A stretch of 63,974 bases of DNA, filler included, from Acidimicrobiia bacterium (GCA_041619515.1; 6 parts of 6 records of this genome joined end to end with filler, not necessarily neighbours in it); one strand, 5' to 3'. Numbered from the whole stretch's first letter, positions 46,548 to 57,410 are shown. Translations and numbers: made by a program. Notes: a model not told the origin generated them from the sequence alone.

Positions 46548-48035
46548 ATGGACAGGCACGGCGGCATTCTGCTGCACCCCACCAGCCTGCCCGGGCCCTA
46601 CGGCATCGGCGACCTGGGGCCGGGCGCGTACCGATGGCTCGATTTCGTCTCGCAATCGGGCTGTCGCTTCTGGCAGCTCCTGCCACTGGGGCCAACCGGC
46701 TACGGGGATAGCCCGTATCAGACGTTCTCGGCCGTCGCCGGAAACCCCAACCTGGTGAGCCCCGAGGCGCTGGCCCTCGATGGGTTCATCGATCCCCCGG
46801 GATCCCCGGGCCTCCCCGACACCCACGTGGACTTCGGGCAGGTGATTCCCTGGAAACGGAGGATGCTGGCGGAGGCTTTCGACCGATTCCGCACGTGGCC
46901 GGACGATCACCCGCTGCGGGGGGATTTCGAATCATTCACACTGGCCAACGACGACTGGCTCCCAGACTTCACCATGTTCATGGCGCTCAAGGAGGTCCAC
47001 GAACTGGTTTCCTGGGTGGAATGGCCGCCGGCATATCGGGACCGCGATCCGGCGGCTCTCGCCGAGGCGGCCACGAGCCTCGGTGACGTCCGCCGGCGGA
47101 TCGCCTTTGAGCAGTTCGTGTTCTTCCGGCAATGGCGTCACCTGCGGTCCGCCGCTCACGAGCGCGGCATCCAGATCATCGGGGACATCCCAATCTTCGT
47201 CGCTCACGACTCGGTCGATGTCTGGGCCAATCGAGACCTCTTCACTATCGACGCCGCCGGCCACCCTCAAGTGGTAGCGGGCGTGCCCCCCGATTATTTC
47301 TCCGAAACCGGCCAGCTGTGGGGCAATCCGCTGTACCGATGGGCGGCACATCGCCGAACCGGATACCGCTGGTGGATCAGGCGCGTCCAGGCGCTCCTCG
47401 AGCTGGTGGACATCATCCGCCTCGATCACTTCCGCGGGTTCTACGACTACTGGGAGGTCCCGGGGGACGCCGAAAACGCCATCACGGGACGCTGGCGCCG
47501 TGGGCCGGCTGGGGGTTTGCTCCGCGCCATACGAGATGAGCTGGGAGCACTGCCGCTCATTGCCGAGGATCTGGGTGGCGACATGGGCCCGGGCGTTGCC
47601 CGCCTGCGAGAACGATTCGGGCTGCCCGGCATGAAGGTGACCCAGTTCGCCTTCGATGCCGGACCTCAGCACGAGTTCCTGCCGCACAACTATGTCGGCT
47701 CCAATTGGGTTGCCTACACCGGCACGCACGACAACGCCACCGTGCAGGCCTGGTTCGACAGCGCCGGTGATCAGGAACGGGAGTACGCACTGCGCTACAC
47801 CGCAGCCGACCCCGCCGAAATCCACTGGGCGATGTTGCGCCTGACCTGGTCGTCAATCGCCAGAATCGCCGTGGCGCCACTCCAGGACTTCCTCGGGTCG
47901 GGCGAGGAGGGCCGCATGAACACCCCGAGTGTGCTCGGTGGCAATTGGCAGTGGAGGATGGCCGATGGCGACGCCGACGCCGGACTAGCCGGACGGATCC
48001 GGTCGCTGAACGAAACCTACGGCCGGCTCTCCTAG
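46548..48035 (+). CDS. malQ: 4-alpha-glucanotransferase
   Basis: GILLHPTSLP, GVPPDYFSETGQLWGNP, RLDHFRGF, YTGTHDN, GNWQWR. Confidence 0.96.
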   Translation: MDRHGGILLHPTSLPGPYGIGDLGPGAYRWLDFVSQSGCRFWQLLPLGPTGYGDSPYQTFSAVAGNPNLVSPEALALDGFIDPPGSPGLPDTHVDFGQVIPWKRRMLAEAFDRFRTWPDDHPLRGDFESFTLANDDWLPDFTMFMALKEVHELVSWVEWPPAYRDRDPAALAEAATSLGDVRRRIAFEQFVFFRQWRHLRSAAHERGIQIIGDIPIFVAHDSVDVWANRDLFTIDAAGHPQVVAGVPPDYFSETGQLWGNPLYRWAAHRRTGYRWWIRRVQALLELVDIIRLDHFRGFYDYWEVPGDAENAITGRWRRGPAGGLLRAIRDELGALPLIAEDLGGDMGPGVARLRERFGLPGMKVTQFAFDAGPQHEFLPHNYVGSNWVAYTGTHDNATVQAWFDSAGDQEREYALRYTAADPAEIHWAMLRLTWSSIARIAVAPLQDFLGSGEEGRMNTPSVLGGNWQWRMADGDADAGLAGRIRSLNETYGRLS

Positions 48036-48538
48036 AGGTACAACCCGGAGGAGCTTTCGGATGCCGGGGCAGGTGACTCCTTGGCGTCGAGTGCGTGCAA
48101 AGCCTCCAGGTTCTGCATTGCGGCCCGCTGCACCGCCACCTGCTGGCCCCACAGGCTTGCCCTGATGCCGTGGAAGAGGCCTTCCAGCCATCCGGCCAGC
48201 TGGGCCTGAGCGACCCGCACTTCGGCCTCCGATGCGCCCTCCTGCAGCGGCAGGACCACCGCATCGAGCTCGTCCCGAAGCTCGTCCGACATGATGTCCC
48301 GCAGCGAGGCCACCGTTCGCCCGTGGACGTTCTGCAGGCGAGCCACGGCGTTGTCGTCCAAATCGATGCTCCGCACTTCCACGAGCATCGCCTGGGTCAT
48401 CGAGGCGATCCTCACGAGCTTCAAGGGCTCGGATACCATGGGGCCGTCGGCGTCCTCGACCACCTCGGGATCGGCGGGAGCATCCTGGTCGTCGAGAACC
48501 TCGGGGGTTTCAGGCTGGGGTGCGGGTTCTGTCGGCAT
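48032..48538 (-). CDS. bpa: Bacterial proteasome activator (Bpa/PafE)
   Basis: P.KL.RIASM...L.EVR, E.RVAQAQL.GWLEGLFHGI; C-terminal GLYL (GQYL-type HbYX motif). Confidence 0.92.
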   Translation of the reverse strand: MPTEPAPQPETPEVLDDQDAPADPEVVEDADGPMVSEPLKLVRIASMTQAMLVEVRSIDLDDNAVARLQNVHGRTVASLRDIMSDELRDELDAVVLPLQEGASEAEVRVAQAQLAGWLEGLFHGIRASLWGQQVAVQRAAMQNLEALHALDAKESPAPASESSSGLYL

Positions 48539-48635
48539 GAACGGATGGTAGTGCCTTGCGAGTGGCTGAACCCATGGGCTGCGGGTACTCTGTCGCTCCC
48601 CTCACCTCGAAGTGAGGGACACGAGGAGGGTTCCG

Positions 48636-48917
48636 ATGATCACACGAACACGACCGCTCGTCACGCTCATGGTTGCCTTGGCAATGCTCGCAACCGCTTG
48701 TGGGGGCGATGACACCGGCAGCGGTGAAACGACGACCACTGTGCCGGCGGCGACGACGACCACCGCAGCGGCCGGCCTGCCGGATTTGGGGGGTCGGACG
48801 GTGACGGTGGGGGTGGAGAATGCCTATTTCCCGTTCAACTTCCTGGATGAGACGGGCAATGGGGCAGGCTGGGACTACGACGCCTGGAATGCCATCTGTG
48901 AGGCGCTCAACTGCGTG
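48636..48917 (+). CDS. Polar amino-acid ABC transporter substrate-binding lipoprotein (truncated)
   Basis: GAGGAGG RBS, LATAC lipobox, VGVENAY.PFNF...GWDYD...IC..LNC. Confidence 0.8.
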
Positions 48918-49017
48918 NNNNNNNNNNNNNNNNNNNNNNNNNNNNNNNNNNNNNNNNNNNNTTAATTAATTAANNNNNNNNNNNNNNNNNNNNNNNNNNN
49001 NNNNNNNNNNNNNNNNN
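48918..49017. other. Artificial contig linker
   Basis: N44-TTAATTAATTAA-N44. Confidence 0.98.
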
Positions 49018-49041
49018 CTTCTTGCCTGCTACGTCGGTCAT
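49018..49041 (-). CDS. First codons (MTDVAGKK) of a gene coupled to gmd, probably GDP-L-fucose synthase
   Basis: ATGA overlap with the gmd stop; identity inferred only from the usual gmd-fcl order. Confidence 0.4.
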
Positions 49042-50075
49042 TCGGGGCCTCCCTGCCATTCGACGTGGCTGTAGCCGGCGTCCACCAGCGCCCGCTCCCG
49101 GGCCGCCGCCTCCAGATCTGCTTCGACCATCATCTCCACCAGCTCGTCGAAGCCGACCTCGGGAGCCCAGCCGAGAGTGTTCCTCGCCTTGGTCGAGTCC
49201 CCCTGCAGGACGTCTACCTCGGCCGGCCGGAAGTAGCGCGGGTCGATCTCGACGTGCTCCTCCCAGGTCCGATCGACCAGACCGAAGGCGCGGATCACGA
49301 ACTCGCGCACCGAATGCCGCTCGTCGGTGCTGATCACGAAGTCGTCCGGCTGGTCGGTCTGCAGCATCATCCACATCGCCTTGACATAGTCACCGGCGAA
49401 GCCCCAGTCGCGCTCGGCGTCGAGATTGCCGAGGAAGACCTTCTCCTGCAGGCCGTGGACGATCCGCCCGATGGCACGGGTGATCTTGCGGGTGACGAAG
49501 GTCTCGCCGCGGCGGGGCGACTCGTGGTTGAACAGAATGCCGTTGCACGCAAACAGGTCGTAGGACTCTCGATAGTTCACCGTCTGCCAGAACGAGTACA
49601 CCTTGGCCACCCCGTAGGGGCTGCGGGGGTGAAAGGGCGTCGTCTCGCTCTGCGGCACTTCCGCCACCTTGCCGTACATCTCCGATGAGGATGCCTGGTA
49701 GAACCGCACCGGCGTGTCGAGCTGCCGGGCCGCCTCCAGGAGCCGCAGGGTGCCGAGCGCATCGATGTCGGCGGTGTAGATCGGGTTCATGAACGACACC
49801 GCCACGTGCGACTGCGCACCCAGGTTGTAGATCTCGTCCGGCTTCACGTCGGTGACCAGCCGCGTGAGGCTGTTGCCGTCGCCGAGATCGCCGTAGTGGA
49901 GGAAGAGGCGGGCGGTGTCCAGGTGCGGATCGACGTAGAGATGATCGATCCGATCGGTCCCGAAGGTCGAGGCTCGCCGAATGATCCCGTGCACCTCGTA
50001 GTCCTTGCGCAGGAGGAACTCGGCGAGATATGAGCCATCCTGGCCGGTGATGCCCGTGATGAGAGCCCGCTTCAC
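49038..50075 (-). CDS. gmd: GDP-mannose 4,6-dehydratase
   Basis: [53 protein letters not shown]. Confidence 0.97.
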   Translation of the reverse strand: MKRALITGITGQDGSYLAEFLLRKDYEVHGIIRRASTFGTDRIDHLYVDPHLDTARLFLHYGDLGDGNSLTRLVTDVKPDEIYNLGAQSHVAVSFMNPIYTADIDALGTLRLLEAARQLDTPVRFYQASSSEMYGKVAEVPQSETTPFHPRSPYGVAKVYSFWQTVNYRESYDLFACNGILFNHESPRRGETFVTRKITRAIGRIVHGLQEKVFLGNLDAERDWGFAGDYVKAMWMMLQTDQPDDFVISTDERHSVREFVIRAFGLVDRTWEEHVEIDPRYFRPAEVDVLQGDSTKARNTLGWAPEVGFDELVEMMVEADLEAAARERALVDAGYSHVEWQGGPE

Positions 50076-50228
50076 CTACAGCTCCCTCGTTGATCTCGCT
50101 GGCGGCACCGCCGGAGTCTATGCCCGACCGCCACCGGGCCGGATGCATGTGCGCCGAACCAGCAGTCCCAGGGTGGGTCGCCGCGGTGGCGACGGTCCTC
50201 CGGCATCGAGGGCCTCGGCCGCACGCCG

Positions 50229-51491
50229 CTAGCCCGACGGCACCGACCCGGCGGTCGATGCCGGACGGTTGGCGAAGGCTCCGCCGAATCTGTGGATCCA
50301 GATGGCGGCTTCCAGCAGGCGAGCGGCGGCAAGGCCGACGGCGGCTCCCATGCCGCCGCCCACGAACGCGCCCACCCCGGCGCCCAGGACCAGCAACGGG
50401 GCCGAAAGGCCGGTGGCCCTCAGGTAGTCGGTGGCGGCTCCCAGCGCTTTGATCCCGATCTGAAACCCATGGGTCACACCCCGGGCGATGATGATGGCCA
50501 TCACGACGGGAAGGAAGCGCCTCACTTCCGCCCAGTCGTTTGGGATGACCCGCTGGCCCACACTCGCCGGAACCAGCAGCCATGCCGCTCCGAGCACCAA
50601 CGCGGCCGCGCCCAGACCGATCGCCGCCCAGTAGATGGCTCGCCGAAACCGTCCGGCATCCCGGGCCAGCAACCGGACGCCCTCGGAGACGCCAAACGGC
50701 CCGACTCCCAGGTAGAGGACGTTGAGCGGGCCCAGCAACAGGCGGGCCCCCGCGATGGTGCCGAGTGCCACCACCCCCGCCACTCCTCCGATGAGATAGT
50801 CGGTGGCCTGGGCGGCTCCTTTGGCGAGGGTGGCACCCCCCAGCAACCTCGACCCGATCCCCCGGTGCGACCGCAGCCAGGCGGTCCCCACCGAGAACCT
50901 CGGGAACGCCCGCGCCTGCGCCGCCGCCACCAGGCCGGCCAGGCCACCGGTGACGCCCCATACCAGCACGAACACGGCAACAACCGGCGTGTCGACCACG
51001 ACGATCACCGCCGCCACCGCAGCCAGCTGCAGCACACCCCACAGGGCATCATTCCAGAAGGCCTGGGCCGGCTGCCCGGCGGCAAAGAAGGCGAACCGGT
51101 AGGTGTCTTGCAGCATGAGGCCCGGCAGCGTCACCGCCAGCACCACCAGGGTTTCGCGCAGGGATCCGGACGCCAGCACCATCGCTCCGGCGATGACCAC
51201 CAGGCCGGCTGCCGCTCCCAGCATCGCCGCGGTTGCGGCCGATTCGCTGGCGGCCCGCCGGTGGGCAGCAGGATCTGCTGCACTGAAGCGAATCACGAGC
51301 GGATCACCGGCCAGCGAGCGAACGGCGTTGGTCACGAGCTTGTATGTGCTGTAGGCGATGGCGAAGACGCCGAAGCCGCCCAACGACAGGGTGCGAAGGA
51401 CGATGTAGGAGAGGACGAAGTTGGTCAGCGACGAGGCGGCCTGGTCCGCCAGTACCCACCCGGCTCGCCGGCCCACGGCCCGGACATTCAT
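50229..51491 (-). CDS. Polysaccharide flippase (Wzx-like)
   Basis: ADQA.SSLTNF, QD.YRFAFFA, about 12 TM segments, located in a glycan locus. Confidence 0.78.
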   Translation of the reverse strand: MNVRAVGRRAGWVLADQAASSLTNFVLSYIVLRTLSLGGFGVFAIAYSTYKLVTNAVRSLAGDPLVIRFSAADPAAHRRAASESAATAAMLGAAAGLVVIAGAMVLASGSLRETLVVLAVTLPGLMLQDTYRFAFFAAGQPAQAFWNDALWGVLQLAAVAAVIVVVDTPVVAVFVLVWGVTGGLAGLVAAAQARAFPRFSVGTAWLRSHRGIGSRLLGGATLAKGAAQATDYLIGGVAGVVALGTIAGARLLLGPLNVLYLGVGPFGVSEGVRLLARDAGRFRRAIYWAAIGLGAAALVLGAAWLLVPASVGQRVIPNDWAEVRRFLPVVMAIIIARGVTHGFQIGIKALGAATDYLRATGLSAPLLVLGAGVGAFVGGGMGAAVGLAAARLLEAAIWIHRFGGAFANRPASTAGSVPSG

Positions 51492-51493
51492 GA

Positions 51494-52453
51494 TCAGCCG
51501 CCCAGCGGGCGCGGGCTGGTGTAACCCAGCGCCGGCGTGAGGTCGCCGGCAACCGACGCGAAGTGCGCGGCCACTCTGGGAGTGAACAGGCTCTCCCAGT
51601 CCCCGGCCCGGCCGCTGCGCATGTGCGAGGTGCGGTCCTCGGTGCCCGGGGACCGTCCGCTGAGGCGCCGGAAGCTGTAGGCGTCCACGAGCTCCCGGAC
51701 CTGATCGGCGGGAAGCCGGATGTCGAGGAACGCCAGCAAGTCTGCCATCGTCTCAGGCCCCGACGCGACGAGATCCTCATATCGCACGATCCTGACGTTC
51801 TCGTCCAAGGATCCCCGCTCGGCCCAGGATCGCAGCGCTGCAAACCCCCCCTTCTCCTCCCAACGGTCTATGGCGTAGCAGAGACCGTCCTCCTCCGACA
51901 GTTCCAGGAGAGTCGCCCGGGCCTCGGTGAAGCCCGGTTCCACCAGGGCCAGGATGTGCGTGCTACGGGTCGAGAAGTACCAGGAAGCGATGAGATCGCG
52001 TGGGTCTCGCATCACGAAGAACGCCCGGTACGGCTCCGGCTTTGGCATGGCGGCGAAGTTGTCGTAGGTGATGTAGAGGGGGGAGACGATGGCACCCGGC
52101 CGAAAGCCGTCGGGGAAGGATCGTTCGGAGATGTTGCGCACCTCCCTGACTGGGTCCCGGGACTGGTAGTGGTAATGCGAGAGTCCCGAGTACGCGAAGG
52201 TGGCGGGATCCGACAACATCGCCATCATCCATTGACTGCCCGTCTTCTGGATGCAGCAGTGGAAGACGTTCTGGAATCGGCTCCGATGCCGGACGGGAAG
52301 GTAGAACTTGCGGAGCTCGGTGGCGCGTGAGCGGGTGCGAGCATACTGGCGCACGAGGCGAGAGGGAATTGCGTGTCGGAGCCGCGAGCGGCGGCGTCTG
52401 AAGGCCGTGAATCGACGGGTTGCCGCCGAAGCTGCCTTCATTCGTACGTCCAT
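51494..52453 (-). CDS. Sulfotransferase domain protein
   Basis: QKTGSQW 5'-PSB loop, RDPRDLIASWY 3'-PB motif, VRYEDL, RSGRAGDW; start may be 52501. Confidence 0.88.
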   Translation of the reverse strand: MDVRMKAASAATRRFTAFRRRRSRLRHAIPSRLVRQYARTRSRATELRKFYLPVRHRSRFQNVFHCCIQKTGSQWMMAMLSDPATFAYSGLSHYHYQSRDPVREVRNISERSFPDGFRPGAIVSPLYITYDNFAAMPKPEPYRAFFVMRDPRDLIASWYFSTRSTHILALVEPGFTEARATLLELSEEDGLCYAIDRWEEKGGFAALRSWAERGSLDENVRIVRYEDLVASGPETMADLLAFLDIRLPADQVRELVDAYSFRRLSGRSPGTEDRTSHMRSGRAGDWESLFTPRVAAHFASVAGDLTPALGYTSPRPLGG

Positions 52454-52832
52454 CAGTTCCGGCCCCTTCCGTGGGCTCGCCAGCGTACCGATACCACTCA
52501 TCGTGACGTTCTGCGTCTCGAGCTCTCCTGCCGATCACGCTAGCCGCAACGGGTCACAGCACAACTCCGACAGGTATCGACCTGGGAACCGGCGTACTGA
52601 ACCTCCACTACACTTAGTAGTCAGCCCGCAGCAAGCTCTCTCGCTGAGGATCGCATGCCACCACACCCCAGGTTCAGCCTCATCCGCCCAATTCGATTTC
52701 TGGCCGGGCCGCCGTCACGCGTGCGTAACCTGAGGCCCGGCGCTGGGAGCACGAGAGCTCAACCCGGGGTCGCCAACGACCGAAGATCGCGCTGATCGGT
52801 AGGCCGACGATGCAACGAGTGGAGGAACGAGT

Positions 52833-54347
52833 GTGAGTGCCCGGGCGCCGGACCTAGCGACCCGACTGCGCCGCCGGCGCTACGAAGTCGGTGAGGCGCT
52901 CTCCACCTCCAACCTCGGGGGGGCCTTCCGGCTCGTGGTCGTTCCGCTGACGGTCCTGGCGCTCGTCTCCGCCGTCGTTGCCGCCGCCTTCGGCGAGTTC
53001 GCTCACCTGACGCTGCCGCTGCTAGCACTCGTGATCGTCTCCTACCCCATCATCCACGATCGCAACTACGACATCGTTTCACCCTGGACCCTCGTGTGGT
53101 TTGCGACGCTGATGGGCGGGCCCGTGCGGGGGATCTACATCGTGCTCGAATGGCCCGACTTCGGCACGATCAACTACCTCTTCTTGCGGGGCCAGGACGA
53201 TTCGTTCTTCATCGGGCCGACCGTGATCATATTGCTCGGTCTCGCCTCGTTCGCGTACGGGTTCTCGATCAGATCGCGGGGTGCCGGCACCCGGCTCCCC
53301 AGACTGCTGAGGGGTGGAAGCTGGGATCCCCAGCGCATGTGGTTCGTGGTGGCCGGCCTGGTGGTGCTGTCCCTGGTGTCACTGATGTCATTCGTTTCCC
53401 AGCTGGGCGGGTTTGATCCGACCAACGTCTCGGGCAAGCGCGGCGTCCTCACCGGCCTCGACATCGACCAGAACTACCAGAGCTTCTACCATCTGCGGAT
53501 TCTCAACGATTTCGGGATGCTGGCCGCACTGGTGGTTCTCGCCTACTACGCCTTCTCCAGCAAACGGCTCACCCCGATGCGAGTGGCGCTGGTGGGAGCT
53601 TTGTTCGTCAATGGGACCTTGCTCAGCCTCTGGGCCAGCAGCCGCAAGAGCGTGCTGTTCCCCGCCACGTCGGCGCTCGTCATCTGGCTGCTGGCGGGCA
53701 GGGCGGTGAAGATACGCACGCTACTGATCGTCGCCCTCAGCGGTCTCCTCATCTTCCAGGCAATGTCCTTCGCCAGGAAGGCCCGGGATGAATCCTTTGG
53801 CGACGTGGTGGCCGTGGCGGTCGATCTGCGCCACTCGCTCGACCCCATAGTGGTCAACCGAGGGTTCCTCAGCCTCACCACCAGCGCCCATGTCATCGAC
53901 GCGATCCCCGACAGGCTGGAATATGCCTACGGCGAGACCTTGGCGGTGCCCCTCCTGGCACCGGTCCCCCGCTTCCTGTGGAAGGACAAGCCGGTCGTCA
54001 ATGCCGGACCGAGGGTCGGTGCCCTCGTATTCAACCAGGAGAACGGGGCGGGCAACCCGCCCGGCATGATCGCCGAGCTCTACTGGAATTTCTCATTCAT
54101 CGGCGTGGTGTTGGGGGGTCTGGGCATCGGGTTCCTCTCGCGGCGCCTGTACGAGACGATGCGCCCGTACGCAGGCAGGCGCAACATGGCCGTCCTCTAT
54201 GCGGTCGCAGTGTTGCCGCTGCCGTACACGATTCTCACCGGCGAGATCACCAAGAGCGTGACTGCGATGGTGATCGACATGGTCCAGGTTGTCATCGTCC
54301 TGGCTCTCATCAGCAGCGCACGAGGGCGCCGGAGAGTCAGGGCGTGA
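52833..54347 (+). CDS. O-antigen/oligosaccharide repeat-unit polymerase (Wzy-like)
   Basis: More than 10 TM segments; PVPRFLWKDKP and PPGMIAELYWNF..IGV loop motifs. Confidence 0.8.
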   Translation: MSARAPDLATRLRRRRYEVGEALSTSNLGGAFRLVVVPLTVLALVSAVVAAAFGEFAHLTLPLLALVIVSYPIIHDRNYDIVSPWTLVWFATLMGGPVRGIYIVLEWPDFGTINYLFLRGQDDSFFIGPTVIILLGLASFAYGFSIRSRGAGTRLPRLLRGGSWDPQRMWFVVAGLVVLSLVSLMSFVSQLGGFDPTNVSGKRGVLTGLDIDQNYQSFYHLRILNDFGMLAALVVLAYYAFSSKRLTPMRVALVGALFVNGTLLSLWASSRKSVLFPATSALVIWLLAGRAVKIRTLLIVALSGLLIFQAMSFARKARDESFGDVVAVAVDLRHSLDPIVVNRGFLSLTTSAHVIDAIPDRLEYAYGETLAVPLLAPVPRFLWKDKPVVNAGPRVGALVFNQENGAGNPPGMIAELYWNFSFIGVVLGGLGIGFLSRRLYETMRPYAGRRNMAVLYAVAVLPLPYTILTGEITKSVTAMVIDMVQVVIVLALISSARGRRRVRA

Positions 54348-54463
54348 TTCGGCCGGTTGACCGCGACGGCGACTCGGCGCGATGAGGATGCCGGTCGAAG
54401 CAGTCGAAACAGGACGGCCGATGTGGCGCCCCGTACCGGGCACGACCGGGCCAGATTCGGCAC

Positions 54464-55378
54464 ATGGATTCTGAGCCACGCTCCCGCGTGCTGCCTGCTG
54501 GAGCGCCCATGAGCCGTTTTTCCAAACTCCCGGTGGGTGCCCTGATTCGTGAGCAGCAGAACCGGGCGGCCCGCAAAGCCACCGAGCTCATCGCCCGCCG
54601 ATGGAACGACTCGCTCGGGATCTGGCTGGCAGTCGGATATCCCAAGTCGGGGACAACCTGGTTGTCGCGAATCCTCGCCGACTACCTCAGACTGCCGTCG
54701 CCGACGGACTACCGACTCCCGGTGGCGATGCCGGCTGTGATTCACTGCCACTGGCGCTACGACGATCGATTCCGGCGCAGCTTCTACATCTATCGTGACG
54801 GACGGGACGTGATGGTCTCGCTCTACTTCCACTGGATGGCGCGGCTGGACAACCCGAAATCACCTCGATTCAGCCGGGCCCTGCGCGAGAAGTACGAGGG
54901 TGCGATGGGCGCCGGGTTCGACCCGACGGATGCAGTCGGGAACTTGCCTAGCTTCATGCAGCTGGAATACGAGAGGCCGCGGGGGAGCCGGATCAACTGG
55001 ACCAACCACGTCGGGCAGTGGTACCGCCCCGGCGGGCGCCCCGGAGTGGCGTACGTCAGCTTCGAGGAGCTGTTGACTTCGCCGCTCACCATCCTCACGA
55101 GGGGCTTCGAGCAGCTCGGCCACCAGCCCGTCGACGAGGAATCATTGCAGGAGGCGATCGATCGCCACAGCTTCCAGAGGGTGGCCGGCCGGGAGCGCGG
55201 GGTCGAGGACCGGACGTCGTTCTTTCGTAAGGGCGTCGCCGGTGACTGGCGGAACTACTTCACGGCCGAGGCCGCTGAGGTGTTCGACCGGTACTACGGA
55301 GACACGCTGATCGCCCTCGGATATGAGCCGGATCGGTCGTGGGTCACCTCGACGGACTGGCCGGCGCGGGGACTCTGA
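54464..55378 (+). CDS. Sulfotransferase (Sulfotransfer_1, SULT-like)
   Basis: YPKSGTTWL, RDGRDVMVSLY, FFRKGVAGDW. Confidence 0.93.
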   Translation: MDSEPRSRVLPAGAPMSRFSKLPVGALIREQQNRAARKATELIARRWNDSLGIWLAVGYPKSGTTWLSRILADYLRLPSPTDYRLPVAMPAVIHCHWRYDDRFRRSFYIYRDGRDVMVSLYFHWMARLDNPKSPRFSRALREKYEGAMGAGFDPTDAVGNLPSFMQLEYERPRGSRINWTNHVGQWYRPGGRPGVAYVSFEELLTSPLTILTRGFEQLGHQPVDEESLQEAIDRHSFQRVAGRERGVEDRTSFFRKGVAGDWRNYFTAEAAEVFDRYYGDTLIALGYEPDRSWVTSTDWPARGL

Positions 55379-55405
55379 CCGACTGAGGGCGCCGGCGTGC
55401 CGCCC

Positions 55406-56356
55406 TCAGCGCTGGTACCCGAGCGTCTCGACCAGGTCGCCGGTGCGTTCGTAGAACACGTCGATCAGGTCGTCGTCGAAGTGGCGCTTCCAGTCGCCGG
55501 CCCGGCCGCTGCGCAAGTGTGACCTGGTGTCCTCGGTCCCGCTTTCCCTGCCCGTCAGCCGCTTGAAACTGTACGAGTCGATCAACTCTTCAAACTCGGC
55601 GGGGGGAATCCGAATGTCGAGAAAGTCGAAGAGCCGGCGCATGGTGGCGGCGCCTTCGGAAGACACGAGATCCTCGTAGCGGACGATCGTCACGTTGTCG
55701 TCGGCGGGAGCCCCGACAGCCCACGAGGCGAGCGCATCGAATCGCCCGCGATCTTTCCAGTAGTCGATGGCGTACACGAGGCCTTCGGCAGCCGGGAGCC
55801 GCTGCAGATCGGCCCGAGCCTTGACCAGCGGGTTGTCGGCCCGCTTGTCGACGATGTGATTGTCCCGCGCCGAGTAGTACCAGGACACCACGAGGTCCCG
55901 GGGATCGCGCATGACGAAGAACGCCCGGTACCGGGGCGGTTTCGGCATCAGCTGGAAATGCGGGTAGTTCACGTAGAGCGGGCTGACGATGGAATGGGGT
56001 GGAAAGGGCTTGGGAAAGAAGCGTTCCGAGATCCTCTCCAGGTCCTGCATGTCGGTCCGGCTCTGATAGTGGAAGTGGGACAGCCCGCTGTAGCGGAACA
56101 CCACGGGATCGGACAGGACCGACATGATCCACTGGCTTCCGCTCTTGTGCTCACTGCAGTGGTAGATGTTGGTCATGCTGGTCCGTTCCACCACCGGCAT
56201 GACGAATCGGCGATACTCGGTCAGCACCGAGCGGGCCTGGTTGTAGCGACGCACGATCTGCGGCGGCACGTAATGGCGCGCCTTGGAGTACCGGCGCTTC
56301 AGCATCGTCGAGCGGCGGCGGCTCACAGCGAGCGAACGAGTCAGGATGTCCTTCAT
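55406..56356 (-). CDS. Sulfotransferase domain protein (paralog of 51494)
   Basis: HKSGSQW, RDPRDLVVSWY, VRYEDL, RSGRAGDW. Confidence 0.9.
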   Translation of the reverse strand: MKDILTRSLAVSRRRSTMLKRRYSKARHYVPPQIVRRYNQARSVLTEYRRFVMPVVERTSMTNIYHCSEHKSGSQWIMSVLSDPVVFRYSGLSHFHYQSRTDMQDLERISERFFPKPFPPHSIVSPLYVNYPHFQLMPKPPRYRAFFVMRDPRDLVVSWYYSARDNHIVDKRADNPLVKARADLQRLPAAEGLVYAIDYWKDRGRFDALASWAVGAPADDNVTIVRYEDLVSSEGAATMRRLFDFLDIRIPPAEFEELIDSYSFKRLTGRESGTEDTRSHLRSGRAGDWKRHFDDDLIDVFYERTGDLVETLGYQR

Positions 56357-56446
56357 GCCAGCGCCTCGAGCGGTAGGAAGCCGTGATCATCATATGCGCG
56401 AACGCCATGGCTCACTTCGTCGATGATCTGCCGCCAAGGCGATGGG

Positions 56447-57328
56447 TCAAGACGAAGCCGGGCCAAGGTGGTACTTCTCTCGCAGCGTGTCGAGTGTCCA
56501 GGGTGCCTCGGAAAGGCCGGGAACGTCCGAATAGCGCGCGATATCTCCGCCGAGGCCGTCGAGGAGGAACTCAACTGACTCAGGCGAGGGCGATTCGGCG
56601 GGGACCGATCGTTCCCGCAGAACCATCCGGCCGATCCGTTCGCGCATGGGTGCCGACAGCATCGGTCGAATCAGGCGCTGATACGGTGCGGATTCCTGGA
56701 GCATCCTCCACCGACCGAGCTCGCTGTGGCTGCCGGCTCGTTTGAATACCGCCGACTCGTCGATGCCGGCCGTGTCGGGGGATACTCCGAGAAACTCACT
56801 GATCTGAGCAACGGTGTCCTTGCGGGCGGCAACGAACGTATCGAAGATCACCACCATCACGTTGCCCGGCCCAAAGGCCTCGATCCACGGGGTGGCTTGC
56901 ATTGCGTACGAGCTGTAGGAGACATAGCGTCCGTGGCTCCGCAGCGCCTCATCGAGAGGTTCTGAAACGACGCCGTGCGCCAATTCGTGCCGGTACTGGC
57001 TCACGATCCGCTCCACCGGCTCCCGCACGACGTACACGATCTTGAGGCCGTCCCCGAGCACCTTGAACGCCCGCTCCGGGACGCCTCGCACGTCGGGGAG
57101 CTTGCTGTAATCGGTGGAGGCATCGCCGCACACCTGGGTTGGGCTCGCCCTCCGGTAGAGCTTCTCGTAATCACGAAGACCGTCTGCGGTCAGAACGTGC
57201 TCACGGGCGAGATTGCCGGGCTCCTTGTCGACGGGGAAGAAGACCGCTCGATTCTCCAGCAGATCCCGATACAGGGTGGTGCTTCCGGACTTCATCGCGC
57301 CGATGATGAGGAAATGAGGAAGCGTCAT
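56447..57328 (-). CDS. Sulfotransferase family protein
   Basis: PHFLIIGAMKSGSTTLY, KEP, DASTDY, REPVERIVSQY. Confidence 0.9.
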   Translation of the reverse strand: MTLPHFLIIGAMKSGSTTLYRDLLENRAVFFPVDKEPGNLAREHVLTADGLRDYEKLYRRASPTQVCGDASTDYSKLPDVRGVPERAFKVLGDGLKIVYVVREPVERIVSQYRHELAHGVVSEPLDEALRSHGRYVSYSSYAMQATPWIEAFGPGNVMVVIFDTFVAARKDTVAQISEFLGVSPDTAGIDESAVFKRAGSHSELGRWRMLQESAPYQRLIRPMLSAPMRERIGRMVLRERSVPAESPSPESVEFLLDGLGGDIARYSDVPGLSEAPWTLDTLREKYHLGPASS

Positions 57329-57410
57329 GTGATCGGGCGGCAGTATAGATCGACGCCTCGCGCTGCCTCCACGGGGCCCGCCGCAGCCGTAACGGCCCTC
57401 TCCTTTCTCC

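Noticed and set aside
48770..48917. G/T-skewed stretch here, and C/A-skewed coding ends at 24700-24878 and 60535-60769
   Set aside because: Short contig-terminal parts of probably repetitive or multicopy genes, likely the cause of the assembly breaks; too little sequence to call an element.
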